From: a virus
Lineage: Duplodnaviria; Caudoviricetes
Strand: one strand, 5' to 3'
IMG/VR virus record: IMGVR_UViG_3300031555_010858
Coordinates: 32,001 to 96,000 of that record
DNA length: 64,000 nucleotides
Shown: piece after piece, positions 9,134 through 21,100 of the stretch
Layout: every line of letters begins with the position of its first letter
Position numbering within the stretch: the stretch's first letter is position 1
Translations under genes and position numbers: made by a program
The notes under the pieces: generated by a model
Told to the model about the DNA's origin: nothing
The model's database searches: none
The model's input: only the letters and a program-made list of their open reading frames with translations

Positions 9134-12100
9134 TTATTTTTGATATCCTGCTATTTGTCTAGCTACATTATAACCTTTAGAATTATTTTTTTGTCTAGGT
9201 GAATTAGCAGGTTGATAAATATCTGCAGTTGTAATTCCAGCTTGATCATGTCTAATTGGTTCATTAGCACCAACTATTTCTATATTACCAACTTTAGAAG
9301 CTGTTTCTGCAGTATTATTATTAATTGCTTGTAATTCTCTCATCATAAGTTTTAAAATTTCTGCATATGCTTTAGGGTCAGTAGCATTTATATTGTTTAT
9401 AGATAAATTCATTTTTCTATTTATATCATCAAGTTTTCTTTGTGCATCAACATTGATGTTAGGAGACGGTCTATTAGAAACAGGTTTAGTATAAGTTACT
9501 TTACTTGTTGGTGTAGTTCTTTGTCTTGGTGAGACCATATAAGTGTTACCATCACCTTTACCAGCATCTCCTGATAGTGTAGGAGAATAACAATCGTCTC
9601 CCCATTTTTGTCTTAATTCTTCACTAGTATAATAGAATGGGTCAGATTTAGCATTAGGGAATGAATGGAATGTTCCTGATGCTCCATATCTATTTTTTAT
9701 CTTAGTTACAAATGGTTTATATTGACTTCTATCTGAAGCTTTGAATGATTTACCATCATTAGTTACTGATGTTAAGTCTGAGAAACAATCATGCTCATCA
9801 ACATATCTTGGTAATGTTCTCTTACCTTCAACTAAAACAGTTTTAGCTGCATCAATTGATATTTGTTCAGGATTACCAGGATTATTGAATCTATCTTTAC
9901 CTTTAGCAAACCATCCGCCAGTTGCTTTTTTAATTAAGTTATCTACTGTTGCTTTATCATCTCCAGTTTTATCAACTAAGTTAGCCATTAAAGAAGCTTC
10001 TGCCATACGACCTTCAATTCCAGGTTGTTCATGTTGTAATATATTAGCTATACCTTTAATTTGTTGATCATTTAAAGCATATTTAGGGAAGTTTCCTTTT
10101 CCTGTAACTGTTTGAGATGGATTAGATCCATCAGCAGGAGTTGTTGTTGTTCCACTAGTATCTGCAACGTTATTATACAACATATCATACATTGTTTTTG
10201 TAGATTTATTATTAAATATACCTGCAACCATACTAGTTCCTATTTTTTCTAATTCGCCGAATTTACCCATTATATCTAATTGTGGTGCAGCTACAGTAGC
10301 AGCTCCTCCACCTTCAGTTGTTCCACCAGTTGTTCCACCTGTAGGAGTATAATCTCCATCAACTTGGAATCCATCTGGTATTGATCCTCCGTTAGTATCA
10401 AACGCCCAAGCACCTCTTAAACCTACTCCGACATCTAATATACCTTTATCAGTATAGGCTTTAGTTCTTCCAGCACCTCTAGGGTCATTTATTATTACGT
10501 TTCCTTGCCCATCAACACCAACAGCAAGAACAACGTGTCCACCAGGTGTAAATGGTGTATCTTGTCTAGCTGCAGCTCCAGAAGGTCCAGTTCCTTTACC
10601 TGTCATTACTACAGGTTTACCAGCTTTTAGTGACTCTTTAACTTTCTCTAGAACTGATTTATCAACACCGTTATAATCAGCTCCAAGAGTAGTCATGTTT
10701 AATCCAAACGCAGAAGCAACTTTTTCAGGCATTGTCCATTGCATTGCACCAGTCCATGTACCATTTTTACGTCCCCATCTAGTCATTGTAAGTGGTGTTA
10801 TTTGTTTTCCAAATATAGTAGAAAGCATCATAGCATGAGATGTAGGTCCACATCCACCTCTACTTACACTACTTCCACCAACATCACCTGCCCATTTAGG
10901 GTCACTTTGTTGATAGTATTTCCATCCATTCATAGAATCTGGTATGCTTCCATCAGAAGGAGCTGTTTCAGCAGCAGTTGCTGTAGCAGGTCCTGTACCA
11001 GCCCCACCAGCAAATTTATCGTAATATTTTTTAGCTCCAGCATATCTATTATTCCAATTTATTTTACGTGCTCTTTCAAATGATTTTTCGAAAGCTTCAG
11101 TTGCTTTTTTATAATCAGTTATAGCTTTAAATCCTTCGTATCCACCCCAGTTTTTCTTTAATAATGTTGATGTATAGTTATCTCCTGGAGATTTACCTTG
11201 TAATTCTATATCGATAAATTCTAATTGAGATTGTAAATCTTTCCAGTCTTTACCTTTAGATTGAGCATGAGCATTCATGTCTTTCCATCTAGCAGATTTA
11301 GTGTTATAGTTTTCCCATTGACATATACCAGCTGCAGGTCCTCTACCATTACCTTGGATTATATCAGGACGCATTCCTGATTCTTGTTCCATATTACCCA
11401 TTATACCAGCTGTAGCTGCAGGTGAGTATCCTTTACCTGTAAAGAATTGCCATACTGCTTGTGCTGTATCACTTATACCACTTATATCAGGATTAGAACC
11501 ATCTGTTGGTGTACTTCCAGTTGTAGTCGCATCTGTAACAACTTGGTTACCATAAAAATTATCATACATTTCTTTTACCGATTTATTATTGAATATAGCA
11601 CCAACCATACTAGTACCTATTTTTTCTAATTCTGAGAATTGTCCTAATATATCAACTTGTGGAGCAGCACCTCCACCAGTTGCAGTAGAACCAGAATTAT
11701 TACTATTGTAACTATTTATAGCTGTTTCTATATTTGATAATACTGCTTTATAACCGTCAGTTGTAAAATGTATTCCATCAACTGCTTTAGAAGGATCTAA
11801 GAATCCATCTTCTTGTATAAATCCATTAGTAGCATCTATTTGAGTAACTCCATTAGATCCTGCCCATGTTCCCATAGCATCGTTAAATTCTTTTGATAAA
11901 CCTCTCCACCATTCACCTGTATAATTTCCATAAGAATAATCTTTAGTTGTTGGGAATATTCTCATATTGAATATTGGTTTACCTGCATATTTTTCTTTAA
12001 GTTTACCTAATAATGTTTGTGAATCAGATATGTTTCTCTTATTATCATGCACTCCATTTATACCTAACCATTGTATTACTGTAGATACTGATTCTGCATC

Positions 12101-15100
12101 TGGTAATTCGTCTAAACTTTCTAACCAATGTTTAGCCCATTTACCACCTTTACCCATAGCTTTAGCACCAGAATATTTACCTTCTAGTACAGATTTCATT
12201 CCAACTGTTAAAGAGTCACCTATTAATAATGCTTTATCTAATGAAGCTTGAGGTCCACCAGATCCTCCACCTACTGGATTACCACTAGATGTACCAACAA
12301 CTGTACCTAAAAATGAGTTAGGGTTTGGTACTGTAGGGTCAACCATTTGTGAAGGATTTTTTAATACACGTTTATAACCTCTATGTTTATTATTACCTTT
12401 TTGAATAGCTTTAGACTCTTTTATACCTGCTTTTCTACCAGACATATGGATATAATTACCATCACCACTATATAAACCAACATGATTTTGTTGACAAACA
12501 ACGTCACCTATTTGAGGTTCAGATACTTTAGTACCAACACTATCCCAGAATGTTTGAGAAGTAGTACCGTATATATTAACATCCCCTGCTCTAGATAATA
12601 CGTGGCTTACGAATGAAGAACAGTCTGCACCACATCCTTTTGAGCTACTTTTATTAGTATCAATTTGTAAACGTCTTGGTTGAGAATAACTAAATTTACT
12701 TGTATTATTTAAGAATGCTCTAGCATAAGATAAAACCCTATCAGCCATTGTTATTTGACCAGCACCAGTTTTACCTAAATTTTTGTCATCATCAATTGCA
12801 TTATATTCCCCAACATCTCCATACATACCTAATTCTTCAGCATAAATATCTTTATAAGGCTCAGCATCCCATCCATTTGCTAATTGCCCAGATGAGAATT
12901 TAGTAACATTAGAAGCATTATGTGGAGATACTATCATACCTTTATTTAATCCAGTCAATAAAGCATTTATTGGATAATAACCACTATATTCTTTTCCTCG
13001 TGGGTCGTTTATAAATACTTTATTACCCATCATATGTGTAGCAGTAACAACATGACCTTCTGATGTATATGGTGTACCAGAAGCGTTTGTTCTACCAGAT
13101 AATACAACAGGAACTCCTCTTTGTAAGTTACTAGTTATGAAATTACCATCATATCCTTCACTATAGTTCATGTTAAGCTTATTAGCAACAGAAGGGAATA
13201 ATGAATATTTAGAATAACCTGGTAAATGCTCTTTACCTAATTCAGCTATTGTATCTGGAGTAATTTGTTCTCCTGTTAATTGTGATACAGCCATAGCTAA
13301 TGAAGTAGGACCACAACCAGCATCTTTCATATTCTTATTACCTAATTTTGTATTAGCCCAACGATTATCACTTTGACTGTAGAATACGAATTTATTACTA
13401 GTATTAGTTGTATTATTACTATTAGAATTATCATTGTTAGTAGTTGTTGATTTTATAAAATCTGTATCAGATGCAACGTATTTTTTAGGTCTGAATTTTC
13501 TTGCTGTTGAATCTATACCAGATCCTCCAGCTTCATGACCTTGTTTAAATGTATTATAAGTATCTGAAACAAAGGATATACCTTTTTGTATTATGTTTTT
13601 ATCATCTTTTTTCTCTTCTGTTTTTTTAGTTGAATTTTTAGTATTTGTATTATTAGTAGTAGTTGTATCTTCTTCCCCTCTTTTTTTAGGTTCTAAACCA
13701 ACCATCTCTCTAGCAAAATCTTCAAGGAAATACCAAACATCTTTAGCTGCTAATGTTATACCTTCCCAAGTTATTTTTGGCATTTTAAAGTTTTTAATAG
13801 CTTCCCAAGTGCCATTCAATTTCTCACCTATTGTACCAAAGAAGTTTTTAAATGAATCGACAAATCCATCCCAAGATTTAGATAATTCTTCAGTTTTCAT
13901 TTCATACCAATTAACTAAATCTTCTTTCTTTTTCTTAAACCAATCTCCAATACTGTCAATAGTATCATTCCACCAATTTTTAATTTTAGTCTTAGTTTCA
14001 TTATAGAAATCTTTTATACCTTGAATTGTATTTTTAAACCAATTGCTTAAAGAATCAGCTATGTCACTAAGTTTTTTCTTAATAGTTTTTTCTATTTTTA
14101 AATAAGATTTACCAAATTTAACACCTGCACTATCTCCTTCTTCCCAATCAGAAGATATCCAAGCTTTTTGGTCGTCCCATTTACCTTTACCCCAAGCATA
14201 AGTATCTTTAACTGCTTTTATACCTTTTTTGGCAGCTTTGTCTACTGCAGTACCTTCAATGAATTTTTTATAACCAAAATATGGTACAGCAACTGCTCCT
14301 GCTTTAACTAATTTAGCAGTTTTAGTACCAGCTCTATCTCCTTCTTCATATAATGGAGCTGTTAAATCATTAAACTCTTGCCATTTATCACCAACCCATT
14401 TTTTAGCACCTTTATATTTACCTTTTATAGCTTCATCTGTATTATTGATCCAATTAGTAGCATTATCAAATCCACCAGCTAAACTATCAAGACCTTGTGC
14501 TAATAACGGTTTTTCATTGAATACTTGGTTTTTAAATCCAGCCCATAAATTTCCAGCTTTATCCTTAGTCTTAGTTAAAAACCCTGGTTCATTAGCTTCT
14601 TTTTTACTTTCACCTTTTTCATTTAAGTTCATCTTATTCATCATAAATCCAATAGGGTTAGTTATCATATCCATAACAGCAACCATAGCGTTCTTTTTCT
14701 CAGGGCTCATTTCTTTACCAGTAACAGCTTCAGAAACATTTACTCCGGCTTCAGTTAATTTTTTAGTAACATAATTTATTGGATTTAGTATTGCACCAAG
14801 AACACTAGTTTCAACTTTACCCTCTTTAGTAAGATGTGATGAATCACCACCAGCTAAATTATTAATAGCTTCTGTTAATGCACCAAACATAGATGTATCA
14901 ACTTCAGTTGTGTTATTTGTAGTATACGTGTCTCCAGTATTATTTGTAACTGAGCTTGAGTTATCTACACTAGAACCAGTTGTTGTTGTAGTTTGACCAA
15001 TTCCAAACATATTAGAGAATGCATTTTTAATACGACCAAATAATCCAGTCGGTTTATTTTTATTTACTGTAGTATATGATACAATATTTCCGTTTTCATC

Positions 15101-18100
15101 TGTTTGTGGTATTATTTGTGTATTACTATCTAATGGTTTCATTTGTATATTTTCTTCATAGTTTAAACCTTCAAGTTCTGTAGTATCATCTATTAATTGA
15201 GACTGATAAGAAACTATGTTACCATATTCATCTAGTATAGGTACCATTCTATAATCTTCTGGTTTATTATCTTTACCAAATAAAGTTGAAAATGCTGTTA
15301 TACCTGTAGTTAAAGCTTTACCACCAGGCATAAGTTCTATCATAGTTTTACCTACTTTTTTAAGTAAAGAAGGTTTCTTAGCTGGTGTACTAGCATATTC
15401 AATATCTCCCATTTCTGGTCCATCACCATAACCAGCATTGCCTAAGAAATTACCATTAGCATCGTAGCTATTACCATAAGCATCTGTTATTATTTGGTCT
15501 CCCATTTCTGGTCCATCACCATAACCAGCATTGCCTAAGAAATTACCATTAGCATCGTAGCTATTACCATAAGCATCTGTTATTATTTGGTCTCCCATTT
15601 CAGGTCCACTTAAATTATGTGCGTCTAGTATTGCTTGAACTTCGGCTGGATCAGCAGCTCTACCATTTAATATAGGAGTTGTCATACTAGCATAATCATC
15701 AGGATTTACAACTTCTCCAACTTCATAGTTATTAGAAGGAGCGTTTAATTTATCTTGATATTTAGCCATTTTCTTTTTATTACTATTTAATCTCCATCCA
15801 TTCCATGTTCTAGTAAACCAGTTATTAGAGTTAGCAAGTTTTTCTTCATATATATTGACTTTATTTTGATATTTCATTAGTTTTTGTTTATCTGTTTTCT
15901 TTTGGAAAGGTTTTGTAATAGCACCCCATATTTTAGAACCTAATGTTTTAGATTCTTTATCTATAAATGCTTGACTACTTAGTTTAGTTTCATTTTCTAA
16001 GTTATATTGTAATCTAGCTAGCTCCATTTGTTCAGTAGCTGATATAACACCATGTAATTCTTCATTTGGAACTTTACTAAAATCTTTCCAACCATTACCG
16101 TCTTTTAAATATGCAATGTCTTCAGCATCAGTTACACCCATTATCATTAATGCTTGGTCTATAGAAGTACATGCATCTATTTCTTTAGCAGTTATTCTAG
16201 ATCCTAAATTATTTCCACCAGGTATTGCATTATAAATCCATATAGCAATATTTCTTAAGAAGTTAAAGTTCCATACAGCACTACAAATTTCATTTACTAA
16301 TGATATTAATGCTAATACATTAAAGTTAGTGACAGTTTGTAATACTGAACTTATAGTTCTCATTTTAAAGTCAACGTTTTCTGGTGAAACACCAAATAAG
16401 TTACCAGCATTACCTGCAGTAAATCCAGATATTAAATCTCCAGCTGCAAATACTAAGTCTGTTATAAACGCAGTACTAGCACCAGCTGTAACTTTACCGA
16501 TTACAGCACCTATTTTCTTAGCAAATTTAGGTACTAACATATCAGCATTTTTTAATAATGCTGCAAATATACCATCAGCTTTAGATAAGAATTTACCCAT
16601 TTTAGGGAATTTTTCAGCAACTTTTTGACCTATTTCAGTTAATGCAGTTTTAGTCATTTTTATAAGTTTACTCATTACTGATTTATTATCGCCTAAATTT
16701 TCAACACCTTCACCTGCAATTTTTTTAAGTACTTTACCAGATCCTTTTTCAGTAGCTTCTTTAGCTAATTTAGCATCAGCAAAATTAATAACTTTTGCTC
16801 CACCTTTTGTAGTTGCATTTTTAGCAGCTGATTCAGCACCTTCTTTAGCAGCTTTTGCAGAAGCAAAATCTACTACATTATCAGCAGCTTTAGGTTTACC
16901 AAAGAAATTAAATTTATTTTTAGCATTTTGAATATGTTCTTTTACTCTATTACCAAATGGTTGAAGGTTCTTTTTACCCCATTCGCTATTGTAAATAGCT
17001 TTAGCTCCTTCTACATATGGTTCAGTGAATTTCTTAATAACCTTTTTAATAGGGTTTTTAATTGCTTTTCTAGCAGACCATAAATTCTTTTTAACAACAT
17101 GATCAGTATTATCATATATCATACTACCATCAACATCAGTTCTAGATTCTATGTATTCTTCAGAATTTTTATGATCTTTCCAAGTTTTTAATAATGAAAA
17201 CACACCTAATGGTATAGCTAATGATTTTAATATAGAACCTAATGAACTACCTAAAGAATCAAATCCTGCACCAATTAAATCAAATAATGACATACCACTA
17301 TCTAAACTAGCAGCACCTAAACTACCTATTCCTCTAATTGCAGTTAGTAAGTCTTCTTTCCATTGTCTATCAGCTTTTTCTTTATCTCTAGCAGCTATTT
17401 GATTTTGTACAAAGTCAACATCTTTTCTAGATGCTTGTGCATATCTTGCTCTGTCTTCAAGTTCTTTCATTCTTTCTGCTTCTTCATCAGTCATTCCTAA
17501 GGCATTATCATTTCTATCTCTAGCTTCACCATCACCCATTCCGGCAACTTTACCTAGTAATCCACCCATACCTCCAACTACACTAGAAAGTCCTTTTAAT
17601 ATTCCACTAAGCATAGATGGTTCACCATCTGTATCACCATCGCCATCGATGTCGATTCCACCTTCTTTTTCAACTTTTTCTTCTTCATTACCACCTAAAA
17701 GTTTATCAGTTAATCCCTTAAATCCTTTACCAGCTTTATCCATCATACCTCTAAGTAGTCCTGCTGGTTTTTCAGGAACAACCATTTCCCCTTTATGTAG
17801 TTCTGCTATATATCCATCTCCTGGAACTTCATCTAATCCTTCTGCATGTGATCTACCTTTTTTTCTAAGATTTTTAAGTAACTTAGATATACCTTTTTTC
17901 ATTTTAGTTCCTAAAGTCTCTTCGTTTTCTATAACAATCTTAGCTTGTGATTTTGGTTGTTCAACTTTAGGTTCTTCGACTTTTTCTTCTTCAGCTTTAG
18001 GTTCTTTATTAGATACTATTTTTTCATTTAAATTATCTAAAGATTCTTGTAAAGTAGTACCATGTTTTTCTTCATACTTATCAATGAAATTATGTATAGT

Positions 18101-21100
18101 TGCTAAATGTTCATCCGTAACTTTACCATAATCACTTTCATCACGAGTATCAGGAACAGATGTGTTTTTACCATATTTAGCTTCATGCTTAGCAATAAAA
18201 TCGTAAATAGGTGCTAAATGTTCATCTGTAACTTTTCCATAATTAGCAGGGTCCATATCAGGATCGTTGTTTATATTTTTACTAATATCAGAATTTTGCC
18301 CTTGATTATTTAGCTTATTTAAACCGTCTTTTAAAGTATTATTAACTTCATCTAGTTTATCTACAACTGAATCTCTATAATCTGATAAATGAACAACATT
18401 ATCTGCTATTTTACTAACTTTTTCATCAGTCTCTTGAGCTTGAACTAAAGATTGTTCTTGTATCCAAGCAGATTTAACTTTTAGTTCTTGTTCTCTTTTT
18501 TCTTTTTGTTTTTTACTAGCATATTTAAATCCATGTTTTTTAGCAAATTCTTTATCATCTTCGTACTGTTGTCTCATTTCTTCAGTTTTTGCTTTACGTT
18601 TTTGCATTTCTGCATTAAGTTTTTCTTCTTGTTCTTTTTTTCTTTCTTTTCTAGATTTACCATGTCTATATGCAAGTTTTTCATTTATCAGTGCTTCTTT
18701 TTCCTCTTTAGACATATGAGCAGCTTTTCTACGTTCAAAATATCTAAGCCCTTCATCACCAGTATATGAAGCATCAAATTCTTCTGCTCTACGTCTTTTT
18801 TCTTTTTTTATTACGTAATGTTCATTATATTTTTCAGATACTGTACCAATAGCCCCTATAAGTTTTAATGGTGATGTAACAACACCTGTTAAAAGTTTAC
18901 CCATAGATTTAACAACCCAACCAATAGGACTAAGTATCCATTTTAATTTTTCACTTATAGGATTTATTATAGATTCTTTAAAACTTTCAACTATAGATGT
19001 ACCTATATTTTTCATAAGATCAAATGCATCACTAGCCATAAATTTAAGTGCTTGTGCTACAGGTTCGAATGATCTTGCTATAGGATCAAATAGTTTTCCT
19101 TTTAAGAATCCATACATATCATCTTGCATTTCTTGAACTCTTATTTTTAATGGTTGTGTAAAAGATACATCGAACCAGTTTTTAAATTTAGTTAATAAAC
19201 CACCATATCTTTGACCATCTATATCTTTTTCACCAAGTAAGAATTTTTGGAATTTTTCTGAAGAAGCTGCTATACCACCAGCTAATCCCATTAATGCTCC
19301 TACTATAGGACCTCCAGGTAATAAGAAAGCAGGAAGTAAACCTACACCTTGTGCTATACCTACACCTAATCCAGCAGTTCCTAAGAATGTAGCTAATTCA
19401 GGATTTTCATTTCCAGATAGTCTTTTGAACATATTACCAAAAGCACCATCCATTAATGATTTATTGTCTTTATTTGCGAAATCTTTACCGTATAAGAATT
19501 CTTGGAAAGCATCACTTTTTGCAGTCATTACTGCACCGATACCTAATACAGAACTTAAAATTGGTCCACCAGGTAAAAATAATGAACCTAATACTCCAAG
19601 TCCTATTCCACTCTTAATACTACCTTTATATTCGGCATATTTATCTTGAAGTTCCTTAGATATTATTCCTCCAAGTCTTTCTCCATCTTCACCTTGTTCA
19701 CCAAATACAACACGGTTAAAAGTTTCCGATTGTCTTAAGAATCCGTATGCAGTACCTGCTAAAACAGCACCCATTGGTCCACCAGGTAATAAGAAATTAC
19801 CTAATAATCCTAATCTAGAGGAGAAGAATGTTTTAACCATTCCACCAGCTAATCCATAACCTAAAGCTTTAGGTAATCTTTCTTTTACTTTTTGAGCAAG
19901 ATCTTGGAATGTTTCTTTAGCATCATTTTCTGATAAGAATTTTTCACCGAATAAATTTACTTTGAATTTTTCAAATCCTGCCATGAAATCTTTTGTCATT
20001 TTTTGAATGAGTCCATCTTCACCATCTTTACCTTTAGTAAGTTTATCTTTTAATCCAGTAAAGAATCCAAATACTTTATCTATCATATTATCAGGTCTAC
20101 CTTCAACTTTAACACCATCTGATGTAACGTATCCTTGACCTGTAAAATAAGATTTAAATGCTTTTATAGTATCTCCAAACATACCTGTCATTAATGTAAC
20201 TAAAGGTTTTCCAGATCTACCATAGTCGATTACTTTGTTTGCATATTTTTTAGCTATATCTTCATCACCATATAGTATTTCAAATAAATGTCCATCTACT
20301 TTATCATTAAAATCTGATACAGATTGTAAGAATTTACCACGTTTAGTATCTGTATTAAATTCTATTTTTTCATGCTCATTGTAATATTTCGCCCATTCAC
20401 TTTCACTTCCAGCGACTATAGAATTCATACGGTTTTTATCTTTATTTATTATATCATCGTTTTTGTCTTTTTTGTCTTTTTCACGTTGTTTTCTTTTTGC
20501 TACTGTAGTATTTTCATCTTTTTCTTTTTGTAAAAGTTCTGCATTAGGTATTCCACTTCTACCTTTTTTAGTATTGTCTGGGAATACACGTATACCATTT
20601 ATAAGTGCAGATCTTATATCACGTAAATAGTCGAGCTGACTTAATCCAAATTCATCACGCATTCCACCAGGTTTTAATCCCTGGAATTTAACTTTACCAT
20701 TTTCATCAACTTCATTATTTAAAGATGAATATCCATATTTATTAGTATTAAAACGTATATCATCATAAAATTTATTTACTGCATTTATACTATCTTGAAT
20801 ACCCATAGCTGCACTTTCAACAAGTGTAGTCGGATTAACACCTTCAAGAACTTTACGCATAAATTCAGTTCTTATAGGGTCACCTTCGAATAATTGTAAA
20901 TCTTCAAATTCATCGATTTCATCACCTGCAAGATTTTTATATTTTCTGTGATTTATACGATGACCTTGTTTAGTCATAACGGTAAAGTATTCTTCCATAT
21001 CTTTTTTAAACTGATCTAAATCCTTAGTATTAAGATTCATCTTTCTAACAATATCCATCATTTCAGTTTCTAAATTTACATATCCTGATGTATATTGTGA

